Shown here piece by piece: positions 14,486 through 27,133 of a stretch of DNA of 64,000 bases. Where the stretch lies: NCBI GenBank assembly GCA_002633005.1, contig NMRA01000434.1, positions 89,874 through 153,873 of the forward strand, in the 5' to 3' direction. Under the pieces are notes generated by a model. That model was not told the origin of the DNA, did not search any database, and was given only the letters and a program-made list of their open reading frames with translations. Origin of the DNA: Phoronis australis. Its lineage: Eukaryota > Animalia > Phoronida. Position 1 is the stretch's first letter. The number at the start of each line of letters is the position of its first letter. The position numbers and the translations under genes were made by a program.

Positions 14486-14687
14486 CTGTCTCTCAGAATC
14501 CTTTCCCGTTCCTGGTACTTCTTCACGGTTTCTCGAGATGCCTGAAGCTCTCTCTTCAGCGTTTCTACTTCTTTTTTCAGAGCGTCCATTTCTGGTGAAC
14601 TGGTGTCAACAGACAAAGACCTGGTAGCCATGGACGACTGTTGAGCTGGCAACCACCCTGAAGTGATTTTATTCTGTTGAACTGGTA
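14486..14687 (-). CDS. Internal coiled-coil exon of the Mieap-domain gene (VPVQQNK...EMDALKKEVETLKRELQASRETVKKYQERERILRD)
   Basis: Not in the ORF track; read by hand. tttcag|TA acceptor (phase 1), GACAG|gtcagg donor (phase 2); 202 nt open; heptad-like pattern; joins the next exon in frame. Confidence 0.85.
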
Positions 14688-15381
14688 CTGAAAATTTAAT
14701 TTAATCCATTTAATTTGGAATAACTGACCAGTCTGCCAAATACAGAATACATATACTTCTACTTCTAAACCAGATTACCACTTGCATACTCCAAAAGTAA
14801 TGGTAAAGACACCTTTTAAATGCAAAGTGCATGCAAACATTAATTTCAGTCATTTAAAGGTCCAAATCTGAGATTTGTTCATATAATTATTTTAAGAAAA
14901 GAATTTTTCATTACTATCATTAAAAAACCCATGTGGGAATGTTGTTTCAACCTCATGTTCAATGGCAGACGGTGTAGGGCGTTAACTTGTAACAGTAATA
15001 ATTCACTGCCTACTTAACACACAATATGGCCGACAGGTGAAATTTTTACGTATGATTTTCTATAAAAACAAATACTAAGGGAATTTTAGTATATTTCAAA
15101 GTCAACTGTCACTATGCAGATGTCATAAAATAATATTAGATAAAGTAGCAAGGTAATCTGCCTTAGAAAATGGAAAGAAACAATTTTGGCAATTATTTTT
15201 GTACAAAATAGACGAGTTACTATATTCAAAAAAGCTAGGAATAGAGTGGATTAAATGAACCAAGGCCCAACCCGGAAAACAATGCTGAATTAAAAAAATC
15301 GGATTCAAATCATCGTACTGGTTTTCCCCATCACTTAAGTGGTATACCATGTCTGAGCTAATTGGCACATGACAAGCTTAC

Positions 15382-15444
15382 CTTTACCATCCAAGTTATC
15401 TTTTGACTTGGAGGAGGCTAACACCTGGCTGCCAGTACTGAGGA
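15382..15444 (-). CDS. 63-nt symmetric exon (VLSTGSQVLASSKSKDNLDGK) of the Mieap-domain gene
   Basis: Strong acceptor tttgttttctttgcag|TC and donor AAAG|gtaagc; phase 1-1; open frame. Confidence 0.7.
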
Positions 15445-18400
15445 CTGCAAAGAAAACAAACACAGTTATAAACAGATCACATGAGGCCAGAGGTGAGTAA
15501 GACCAGTAGCCAGAGACATGAGTCAGCAAGGGCAGATGGCAGTTCTTCCGCTAACAAGCACAAAAACAAAATACTGTAGGCAGATTTAGGCTGAGGCCTA
15601 GGGTGCCCGGGTCCCCTATAAAAGTGACCTAAAACGCCCTCAACATGCTGTTTTCAGGACAAACACCAACATTTTCCTGTGAACATTGTTATTAGAGCTC
15701 CATCTCCTTACAACATCCTAGATCCGTCAGTGAAACAATAGCCAAAATTGACATTTTTATTTTCAAACGCAGACTAGACATTTTTTAATCTTCCATTATT
15801 GATGAGAAATGGCTTGGATTAGATATATTTACCAGTGTTAAATGATTATGTATAATAATTTCTAATTATATGAAACCAGTACATCAAGACAAACTACTAC
15901 AATTTAACAGCATACATTACGTTAAAATCTCACAAAGTTAGCACACAATATGGCCAACAAATGAAAAAATATTTTCATTTTTTCATACAACATAAGTAGC
16001 CCCAAAATAAATGCTATACAATTTTCAAGAGCTATAATACCAAAATGACCATCACATTCAGAGAAAGTGTGGGGATTCAGGGCAAAGTTTGGAAAATGAA
16101 AAACGACCGATTTTGACAATTATATTTTGTCTGCAACTGATGAGAGTTAAGTTACCGTAGATATCAATGTGTCCCACAACATATATTAGGAAAACATGTT
16201 GACTGTCCAGTCATGTTGAAACAACGGAAGACCATCATGAAGAAGTACAAAAGACAAAGAACAGGGCATTGACTTGTTAAAAAGAACTACCACAGTACAT
16301 CAAATATGACATGCTGGAACCATACTTCATTTAACCACAAACAAATCCAAACACAGGCCCCATGCCAACACTGCGTGGATAACATTTCTCCAGTGTTTGA
16401 TGAGGACTTGGGGAAATGTTAATCCTATTAAGGGGGACATCTTACATTAAATGAAAAGGCCCATTTAATTCCAAACAGAACATTAGAGTTATGCAATAGT
16501 CACCATGTCAACTTGTGTGGCAAATATTTCCAGAGGGAAATCCCTAAAACATTACTAATCCGAAGTCATGATAGAAAAATAGTGATCGATTCACCCCTCT
16601 CCTGAAAGCAATTAGTAAATGTAAGTCCTCCAAGTTCCCACCTCAACACATTCAAAGTTCCAGTCCTATAACTGACATATACACCATCAAACAGATGGTT
16701 AGATAATTTATGTATGTTATCACCACACTCCATATTTCCTCATAGTCAACAACTGGTTTTGATCCTGCAGCAGTTCTTAGGACCAGCTGTACACGTTGAT
16801 TCTACGTCAACCCTGAAAACCCTAAACTTGCCACCGTGCATAAGAATCGCCATCTGAATGTTTGACAATTTCATAAAAACCCGTTAAGTAAAAAATATTT
16901 ACAGCAGAAAATTTTGACCTTCATGTTGGTCTCTCGAGGCGTGATGTTCTCCTTTTAGGTGTTGTTGGGAGCGTCAGTTTGTCATGCCCCATCATCGCTG
17001 TTCATTGGATTGCTTATCCGATGTGTTTACTTTCTAGTGTTTTACTCAGGAACACAGAAGAACATATTTAAAGAGATCACTATGAGGTTACTATAGCTAG
17101 AACCCTGACCATGTTCACTACCAGCCATTAGAAGTTGTCACAAGAGATGTAAGTCGCACTAGTTTAAATGGTGTTCTAACAGTCCCCAAACATATCGACA
17201 ACTCGTTCTAGGAGTAACTTGTTCCCAAGTCAAGTCTGTGAGTGGACGGCGCAATAAAGGCGGGTCTTTTGCGTGCCGTATTTGCATCAGCTGTTCATTG
17301 TCAAGCATATAGCGACAACTAGTTCTTGGATATGTTTGTGGACGCTCCATTTAAAGTGGGGCAAGTTACACAAGTGAAAGTTGTTCTAGGGTAAGTCTGT
17401 GTGTGGACGGGACTTGTGAAAGGCCCTTACTTTGTGAATTCATAACCATGGATGCTCATGACAGCAAAATCTGTAATGTGGGATTAACATATCTACCAGT
17501 TGATGGATGCAGACAGGCTAGATCTTGTCAATATTCTGATTGCAAGTCACGGTGCATATTGTTCATGAATATCACACTCCAACATTGCTGTATAGAACCT
17601 AACCACTTCACTATCGACAACGATTGTGAGGTAGGCCCCTCATAGGGGTTCTTTGGCAATGCAACTGATAGAGGTAGTGATGTCAACATAGTGCTGAGGG
17701 GTGATGCCAACGTACATACGGTTGAACCTTGCAACCCCTAACACAGCTTCAACAATCCATAGCAACATTTATTTGTTATCACCAAACTTTCCACGCTGCA
17801 AAAACATTCCAGAAAATGCCAAGGAACAATTGTTTCTGAGTAATTTCAGGAGTTCATATCATTGTACGATGATCACAAGACTAAAATATTCCATCGGACA
17901 TTGGCCCACAGCTAAACAGTAATCACTTTACAAACAGACACTTCACACAAAATAGTGCGTTACATCAGACATCTATTTTTTAGATCTCGATGTTTATTTA
18001 GATGAACCCTTTCATGATCGTTGCAGAACAGGTCAGACTATCGTCCCTCAGTTTCATATGGTGAAACAATCACCGTAGTTCATTGACTTTGTCACAGTAA
18101 TTCTTTAGCCACAATGTAATGGTTCAACTATGTGAAAAAATGACCATCAGATGAGATTATTGGATGATAAACACCAGCAGACCACCATAAATAAAATAAT
18201 AAGGATTATGCAACTGCTCTGTGGACTGACAGCCATGACACTTACTGAAACAAGTGCAATTAATGTGGGACTGACAAGAAAAATGTCAGAAGCAGAGGCC
18301 AAAATATAAACAACTGGACACCATGTGTAATACTACTCCTTTGATCCAAGAAAATGTACCAACTTTATTAAATTTTTATTAATGTGATTTCCAAATCAAG

Positions 18401-18822
18401 ACCACATCAGACAACCTGGCCGAGGACATATCAGAGCACGTTGTTTGATCCCTGGCCATAATAGGTGGGTAAGTGTCGGGTCATCTGGGCTCAGATTAGC
18501 CCGGTCCAAGACACAGTGACGACATCACAAGAGGACTTTAATTAACATTGCCTCATCATACCACCTTAACCCACTTTATAGTTTACATTCTCCTACATTA
18601 ACTATGCACTTAAAGAAAGAGTCAGATAAAGTAACACCCAAACAACTAACATTCCTAATTCTGAAGCACACCCATCTCCACCCCCTACTGCATTGGCCAT
18701 CTTATCTCAAGGTCTGGAAGACACCTCCAACCTAATCCATTATCACATTCCATCATCCAACCTGATGGCAACAATACTTTGATACAGACATATAAACTTG
18801 GCAGTGGAACTCCACATGCCAA

Positions 18823-19004
18823 AAAATAAGTTCTTTTTGGAATTTCAAGACAACATCAATCTGTTCTACTGCATATCTTCATTTTTATAAGCAATAGTTT
18901 TTTACAGCAACTTATGCAAAATAAGTTCTCTTTGGAATTCCAACTACCATAGCCAACAGTAATCTGTTTAACTGAATATCTTCATTTTTATAAGCAATAA
19001 TTTT
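18823..19004. repeat. Diverged tandem duplication, ~95 bp x2
   Basis: AAAATAAGTTCT.TTTGGAATT...AATCTGTT..ACTG.ATATCTTCATTTTTATAAGCAATA occurs twice. Confidence 0.85.
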
Positions 19005-21554
19005 TAAAATAATTTATTGAAAGAATTTAACTGAATCTATATGCACCAGGTTTATAGCTATAGCTAAGTAAACAGCATGTTAACCCAGGGTAGTTATCAC
19101 CTAATAAAAAATCAAACAAGTAAGACACTTCAAAAGTCAAAACAATTAGTACAAACAAAACACATACCTAATGGACCATGACCACCATTACAAACAATAA
19201 AGTTCAAAGTTCACGGGTGCATTGCTTGTTCTGCAGCCACTGCAAGAAAGCCAGCAAAGTGTCCTCCTGCTGATTTTATTCCATGACAATGGTGTTTACA
19301 GACAACAAAATCATCACTGCTGCTCTAGATGAGTCTGCGGTCCTTAGATGGCGGCAACAGACAAGGCAACAGTTTGGTTCCAGACATCTTTGTTGGCGTA
19401 AACAGAGGGATTTGGTGGCCATTAACAAGAATGGCTGACTGCATCTTATGTAATAGCTAGGACAAACAGTGGATAGTGAGTTTCAAGGGTCATCACTTGG
19501 CTTTAATAGAGTTTGACAAGGTGTTTAAGTGACACTGGTTTCACCTGACTAGATATAATGAAGGCATCATGTGACCAATCAGACGATGTTTACCCAGCCC
19601 TGAAATTAACCATGGGAAGACTCGGCAGGGCACCATAATTAGGAATGACAGTGTTTATGAAAGATTCACCTGTGCTTGACAATTACAGGGTTGATATCAG
19701 TAACTTCTACTCAGTCTACAGCTGGAAACATGGTGGTTATTGTGTGAAGGTGTGGACATGACTGCTTATGGAGAGAAAAGTGACAGACAGGCGCGTGCCA
19801 CTGTAATAATAGGAACCCTGGTCAGCAGTGTTGGACGAGTTAGGGCACTGCATGAAAGGCATCAACACACAGCAAACAACTGTGCCAATGTAATGGGAGC
19901 CCAGTTAGAAAGACTGAACAAAATTTACATTGGCAGTAGCACAGACTTGTGTCGCAATGCCAGCAGCTGTGGAGAGTTTGGACTTTCCCCAAGTAATGGA
20001 GAACATATCAACGATGTATAGAGCAGACAGACCCAATGCATCCTCCTGTAGCAGCGAAAAAGGTCCAGGCTGGCTGGCAATGCCCAGACCCAGTTCACCA
20101 AGGAAAACCTTAAATAAACAGTTTCTAATAAAAACCACTAATGCAATATTACCAGATAAACACAATATTATATTGTATTATGCAAGACAACATCTTGTAA
20201 ACTTTAACAGATAACATCAGCTGATGTAACATCAAATCGACACAGGTCAAAATGCATTTTCACTAAAACAGGAACTTGATGATTGTTCATAACCATATTC
20301 TATGAAACTAAAGTGTCAACTGATTGAATCTGGTCAAACTGATAAAAATTTACAAGTGAGCCAAAAAATTGTGGAAGGTGAAAAGAAAATTTCACAGTCA
20401 GTGCAATGACACTATGGGCAAAAACAATTTTGACAATAACACCTCCATAAAACACAGTGTAGGAGCAATTAGTTAGGCGCTCCCCCTTATTTGTCAAGGA
20501 TTTCTTAACAATAACGTCTTCAATTTTTCTAAATGGCAGGAGTTCTCCAACTTCTTGTTTTTTACACAAATTGCAAACAGAAACAGTGCACCAAACTTGC
20601 CAAGCTACATAATAGCCCTTCCTGGAACTGGTTAGCTTTCAGAAAAAATGGGCCAGGACACCCAGCTGGTGTCATGGAGCACCTGTTTACAAGCAGAATG
20701 AAACTAATATTAACAATAAAGCCCAGGTCAACACAAGCTACTTATGTCCCAGTAGGGAGTCAATAGATCTGTGACAAATTATACCGACTATCCCTAGCAC
20801 AACCAGTTAAACAGAACAGAATTTCAATCTGTGTATCAAATGGCAAACACATACAACCAAGGTGCAATGGAATCTATTGTAACTCTAATCTAAAACGCAC
20901 TTAGCACGCACAACAGGGAGTCTCCTCAATGAATTCCGTCTTCCTCGCAGATGCAATGCCTGCTTCTACAACTGCAACTGAATGGAAGAGCTCTTCTGTA
21001 CAAACGTGCATGCTGGGTGTTCTGCATGCTGGGTGTACCATACATAGCCCTAGCTTTGTTGACAAATAGAGCATCACATAGTAATTACCTGTACTTCAAC
21101 AAAGGTTCAAGCTGAAGCTTCAGAAAAAAGATCAAGTGCCTCTCCTGATAGACACATTTGTGGTGGGGTGAGGCATAAAGTGACATTGGCATGACACATT
21201 ATCACCACTTAGTGAGCTTTATCCAATCAGTTAAAAATACTGCAATGATGTTAATACGAAAAGGCATGCAAGTTGCAAAACATGTTTTGTGGTAAAAATG
21301 ATTCAGCGTAAATAATCAACAGTTCAGTCCACACTGGGGTGTCCTCGCAGTGCTGGGTAATAATACATGGTGTAAATTATATGTTCCCATGAGGTACGTC
21401 AGTCATAAGGGCAAAGGCCTAATTTTCGAAGATTTCTTTAAACATAAAGACATTTTAAAATAGCATTACTGCGCATCCTTCTACAGATTAAGAAGATTTT
21501 GTCATTTACAAATCCAGAACCAGTTGCTTATGTAATGTTTTGATTTTTCTAGCT

Positions 21555-21999
21555 TTAAGATTATGTAGGACTTAATCGTCAAATCTATGCATTTTTCACC
21601 AAACATAGTTATTACACAAAACTACAGAAATTCACTATATAAAATATATATAATTATCTTTTTCAAAGTAGAAGGTTTGTAGACCTTATACCAATATATC
21701 AGAAAGTCAATAATGTCACTATGTCTTTTTAGTAAAATTTAGCGAAAAGAAAAGTACACAGTAAAACAATGGTATCAGTAGGAAGACCAAATTTCATTTG
21801 ACATGCCCTGTAAATGTTTGAGATGAAATCTAAAGATGCTGTTTTGACTTTCTAAAATATCATGCTGTTTTCATTTTTCGGATTATAGAGCATAAAGCAT
21901 AGTATATGAAAGTTTTATATGAGCTGGTCAGTCATTTCTGGGATATGATCTGAAGCCAGCCAAATTTGGATTTTTTTCTAGAATCCTACACAACATTAA
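21555..21999. mobile_element. Degenerate TTAA-flanked MITE (Kolobok-like)
   Basis: TTAA|GATTATGTAGGAC at the left and ATCCTACACAACA|TTAA at the right form an imperfect TIR. Similar left ends at ~54040 (TTAAAGTTTTGTAGGACCTTATCGACAAATCT) and ~36672. Confidence 0.45.
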
Positions 22000-22772
22000 G
22001 TAAACATTGCTACTGAGGTGCCATAAAGCCAAACATTTCTTCCACAATACATTGCATTGAAGAACAAATAGGAAATCGCCTAACAAACACTGAAGCTACT
22101 TGAGAATTAATTTTTTAATGCAAAATCAACATTTTCAGCAGCTGACATGACTCTGTGATACCTGAGAGCCTATGCTTCCTTTTCGTGCAGGCAATGTTCT
22201 GTGTACACATTTTCTCCCATAGTTCATGCACGGACAACAGTGTTGTTCCAGCTGGCATCTTCAACACTTCTAAGTTTCTCCAGACAACTTCCACTAAACA
22301 CCAACTCTAGTCAACTAACTGGTCTCACCAGGGACTCTTCCTTTATAAGTTGGTGGCAAAGGGAAGTTTTAATAAAACCACCATCCGCTCACGCTCACAA
22401 CCAGGAAATCATGGAAGCAAAACGACCAATTACAACAGCCCATTCCGGTGCAGCTCTGGTCAGAGGTCGCCAAAGTTTGTTGGTGAAACTGAATAGTGGA
22501 GATGACAGGATGTATCCATGTTCTGGGGCTGTTTGTTTATAAGACAACATTCACTACTGCTTCATAACTATATATGATGCAAAACATTTGTGAATCTTGG
22601 TGAATTGAGATTCTTTGATTTCAGTTGCAAAGTGTTTTCCATATTCCTATATTTGTACTTTACTCTTATTCAACACAAAATTAAAATAATTTTAAAACTA
22701 CCTTACAGTTTTCAATGTTTTTTTTTGGGCTTGGCCTAAAAATTACTTTTATACCTTAGTCAAGGGAAACTA

Positions 22773-23033
22773 NNNNNNNNNNNNNNNNNNNNNNNNNNNN
22801 NNNNNNNNNNNNNNNNNNNNNNNNNNNNNNNNNNNNNNNNNNNNNNNNNNNNNNNNNNNNNNNNNNNNNNNNNNNNNNNNNNNNNNNNNNNNNNNNNNNN
22901 NNNNNNNNNNNNNNNNNNNNNNNNNNNNNNNNNNNNNNNNNNNNNNNNNNNNNNNNNNNNNNNNNNNNNNNNNNNNNNNNNNNNNNNNNNNNNNNNNNNN
23001 NNNNNNNNNNNNNNNNNNNNNNNNNNNNNNNNN
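22773..23033. other. Assembly gap (261 N)
   Basis: Run of N. Confidence 1.
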
Positions 23034-23589
23034 TATCTTTTGCCATAAAAAAACGAGGTGCATATATCGAAAGAGGCCGTTATATTACTTGACGGCATTT
23101 ATAAATCACGATTGTCAGCCGACTGAGACATTGCGCGCTAACAGCCTGACCGAACAGTGCCGCAATGCGATTTTGCAAGTGATATAAATAGGATAATCTG
23201 GACATCCTGCATGAAAAATAAATGTTTTTCCACCACGAAGTTTGGTAAGGTGATCGTTGATGTCTGCTGTGACCTCTGCAACATGTGAAGCTTGCACACG
23301 CGCACTTTAGCAAGGTCACGTGTTGAAATATTTGCAATCCAAGTAGAGGCTGCGTGGTCTCTGGTCGTCTGCGCTGCGCAGGGCAAAGTAACAAGACCGC
23401 ATGACGGCACGGGGCTATTACTCAGCAATTCTGTAAATTTAATAGAGTGAGTAACTAATCTGAGGGCAAGAGAACCTTTGTTGGGATCATCCGCTGTTAT
23501 GACATTTTCCCCGTCATGTGGAGACGTGACGATAACGCTCTTTGAAAAGTGCTACGCGTTCCGAGTGCGTGTGTGGTGTGGGGACTTAG

Positions 23590-23721
23590 GTCACGAGGTA
23601 AGATTAACCGCCCAGGGCGGTTGCCTTTCGTAATAAGCGCCCATGTTCGGTTAACCGCCCACCCCCGATTTTTTGGGTTTGCCAATTTAACCGCCCAGGG
23701 CGTTAACCCGAACGTTTACGG
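23590..23721. mobile_element. One terminus of a Tc1/mariner (Tc2/pogo-like) DNA transposon or MITE
   Basis: Minus strand starts TA|CCGTAAACGTTCGGGTTAACGCCC, with three subterminal TTAACCGCCC repeats. CpG-rich sequence extends to the gap; the partner TIR is not seen. Confidence 0.55.
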
Positions 23722-26199
23722 TATGTAACTACATGCATTTCACTAAACTAGTATTTAGCATGGATGAATTAAGAGTTTTTGTTTAGTTTTCCGAGTACAT
23801 ACATTTTAATGGTAAGGCCAAAAATCACACTTTATTTATTCTGATCTGTTTTTGAAAATAGAGTCTGTGGTGCGATATTTTAGTGGCTCACTTTTCAAAA
23901 GAGAAAATCCACCCGAGACGAACAAAAATGACACAGGATTTTTTCTCATTGCTTGGCAAATCTGCACACTTCAAACCTTGCATTTTTTGGTTGGTGAATG
24001 CAGGTGTCAAAGTAAGACAGGTTATGGACCAGAACCAACAATGGTTTTTTGACCAAACAGAATTTCTGTGTGACAGGTTTACAATGGACTAAGCTATTAA
24101 ATGCAGTTTTAACACATATTAAAGCTAGAATCCACTTGTCAAAATTTACCATTATTATTCTTCACCTATTGTTTGTCAAAGTAGGTCATACGTGTGGGCG
24201 AATACATACCGTAGCATTTGCTTTTTTGAAAAGGCATTTTCTTGGTACTTATTACCTAAAATATGGAAAACATGATATGGGCTGAAAATTCAATCAATTG
24301 ATCTTAAAAAATTCTTACAACTGAAACTTGTTGAAACTGAAGGACTTTTGACCCTACTTTTACATGTCTACTCATGGAGTGATGAAAATCATTTTCCATC
24401 ATGATACAGAAAAGTTACAGACAAAGTTCATGTTGTCAAGACTAGAATTAGAATTTTGAATCATGATGAGAAAGCAATAAACTCTAAATGTCAATGTTAG
24501 AAAAGGTTAATGCTAGCACATACACATCAGTCAATCAATAAAACTTGGCCTAGGTTCGTTAAGGTGACCACTGCCATGAGGGTCAGGGGGAAGCAGACAC
24601 AAATGTTTCTAATTAGCAAAAATGGACTTAGTGGACTGTGGTCAGCAGAGTCAAGGCAGAAAAGAATGGGATTCAAAGAGCAAAGACACCTGAACAAAAC
24701 CAAGCATTCCTATTAAGGAAAAGCCCAATAAAACGACAAAAATAAAAAGGAATACCATAACAACAAAGTAATTTTCTTACTTTACTTATACACACTGAAG
24801 TAGTTATAAAAACATACAAAATCAAATCAAATGTTCATCCAGTGTAAGAACTTAGTCCTTATCTCAAAGGGCAATCTAGTACAAAAACTTAAAAATGTAT
24901 ACCAAATTAAGTAATATGTAACATGGCATAATGTTCACATCCTTCCTGTTATTAAACTTAAAAGCCTTTTTGAGCAAAGTCTTGTACCTCGGCCGAGATC
25001 AGAAAATCATCGACTATTCCCGTCAATTTCCGTGACCTGAGTTCCTGTGCATCAGTTCACGAGCGAGTCCTGAATAATGCTCATGTAGTCCTTGAAAACC
25101 TATTGAAATCACTCAGTGAGCGTAAATACGTTGTTACTTTGGTAGCTTTTATCACTTTGGTTCTTTTTGTACAAACTTGATTATCTATTTCCAAATTTTA
25201 CCTCTTCTTTGCATGTGACGAATTTTATTTAATGCATAACCATAAGTTTGTGAAGTACGTCACTGGGGTCAGCCCTACGTAACTCGTCGCCAGGGTATGT
25301 CAGATTTCATTTAACAACCCACTTAGGTAATAAATCAGACGCAAACTCTTTCTAAATCATCGAATGTGTTATCGTGAAACCAGTCTGGAGTGAGCAATTG
25401 CCAGGTAACTACCCAGACGTGTGAGCACAGAGTGTACTTGCAGCAAACTGGCACCGGCTTTACTGGCCGTTAAAATTGTAAAATAGAAAAAAAATCCTCA
25501 CACGACGATGTTTCATTAAACAAAAACAGTTTTATCTCAAAACAATGACCAGTCCACACCTCAGTTGCAATAACGTGCATGTGTGCTTGATTTTGCTGCC
25601 TGCACACGGTAACCTGGGTGAAGTAATTCCACTGCAGTTGCCATGACTCTTCACCGGGAAAATAATCACTTGCTAAATTGACTTTGATTTTCAATTATTA
25701 GGGAAAATATATTTTAAAACCTGACAAAAACTTACAATATATACCACTGTTGTATAAATATAAAAATTCCGTGACGCAAACGGGAGGAGGAGGGGAGTGT
25801 TGAATTGTAGTCAATGAGCTGAATGACGACGATGGAAAAATATGGCAGTGTTAGGAACATGACACAGTATTATTCCTTTTACTATAAACTCAGTAAAACT
25901 TATATTATACCATTTGGCACCATGGCAAGTTTTCTTACTGAAGTTATTTCGCCACCAAATGGTATTCTGTCCTGTCGTTCATTGTTGGCAGTCAGTGGCC
26001 CGGCTATAATGGAAGTCGCGCGAGACCACCGTCAGTATCTTAGTTTCCGTCTCAATTTATTTTCGCAAATTTAATCGTGACTGTACTTCGGGAGCAAGTT
26101 TTCTGTTATACAGAATTTGTTGAATACACGACACTTTTCATTTTTCACGGTCTTTATTCCGTTGCGTTCATACTTTCTGAACAAAACTCTACTCTCTGC

Positions 26200-26842
26200 T
26201 GAACATAGATACAGTAACTGACCTAACGACATAATTAAAAAGACACACGATATTTCGAAACATACTTGTTTCATTCTCAAGTGAAGATAAAATGACGCAG
26301 TAATGCCACCACAGAGTATAAGCTGACGGCACACACAGTGAGACACGGCGGGTGTGAAATACTGCAAAGAATGACTAAAGAATTAGGGTAACAGGAAAGT
26401 CACGCAAACAAGTGTAACGTGCGGCGCGACCCTGTTTGCTGCTCATTCAAAATAGGCTTCTCAAAAGCAATTAAAAGGGACTCTAATACTTTCAAACGCA
26501 GCACATCTTGCTCCACGTAGCGAATTGACGTGTTTTCCACAATTTCTTGACGGGTGATTTTACGTGCGTGGTATTGCAGAAAATGATCTTGAATGGCGCC
26601 ATTTTGAAGATGCATGGATAACCGACGGGAAAGACTGCAAACCGTTTGACCAATGTAACATTGTTTGACGTTTGAACGAAGACATTCATTCATAGGGCAT
26701 ACAAATTCATAAACAACACTACACTGTGCAACGGGGCGGACTTTCGCTTTAGAAATGTTATTTTTCATGACCAAGTTGGAGGACTTCCTATTCCGATAAT
26801 AAATAATAACATCAAGGTAATCATCAGGCTTATTTAGTCCGA
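26200..26842 (-). mobile_element. 5'-truncated Penelope-like retroelement: C-terminal GIY-YIG endonuclease plus 3' region
   Basis: ORF 26400-26885 contains IIYYRNRKSSNLVMKNN, VVYEFVCP...C...YIGQT..SLSRRLSMH...GAIQDHF...H, RLKVLESLLI...KPILNEQ: the GIY-YIG Y/Y/G/R/E/N residues with PLE-type Cys/His. RT is absent. The first ~15 ORF codons derive from an adjacent unrelated repeat. Left boundary is approximate. Confidence 0.85.
26246..26283 (-). ncRNA. Minimal hammerhead ribozyme motif (U3-A8 variant) of the Penelope-like element
   Basis: Minus strand reads CAC-UUGAGAA-U-GAAACA-AGUA-UGUUUC-GAAA-UA-UC-GUG: stem I CAC/GUG, core UUGAGAA, perfect 6-bp stem II, GAAA, vestigial helix III, UC cleavage site. 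Located ~115 nt downstream of the endonuclease stop. Confidence 0.7.
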
Positions 26843-27133
26843 CAAAATAATTTCTGTCAAAATTTATTTTGCAATATATTGACAACAGTATCAGTACACT
26901 TTGTCCCTATTTTGGTTTTATTAAAGTAAGGTCCATGATGTCGCTTATTTTATCCCCGTCTGCAGGTTGGTAACAGACATGCTCCAGTCGCAAAGCCAGC
27001 ATTCTTAAGCCTGGGTTCCTGAATGAATTGTACTTCCGGTTTCGCGATTAGTTCAAAATGGCGGTGTGTTCTTCGGGTCAGAATTGTGAATGCTGCGTTT
27101 ATTTAAACTTTCTTTTACTACGGATTGTGTATT
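26843..27133 (+). repeat. Interspersed repeat (~290 bp), copy 1
   Basis: Aligns with 36000-36293 (CAAAATAATTTCTGTCAAAATTTATT, TTATTTTATCCCCGT, CTGGGTTCCTGAATGAATTGTACTTCCGG, AGTTCAAAATGGCGGTG). Confidence 0.85.

Noticed and set aside
22756-23098. ORFs spanning the X run
   Set aside because: Artefacts of the N gap.
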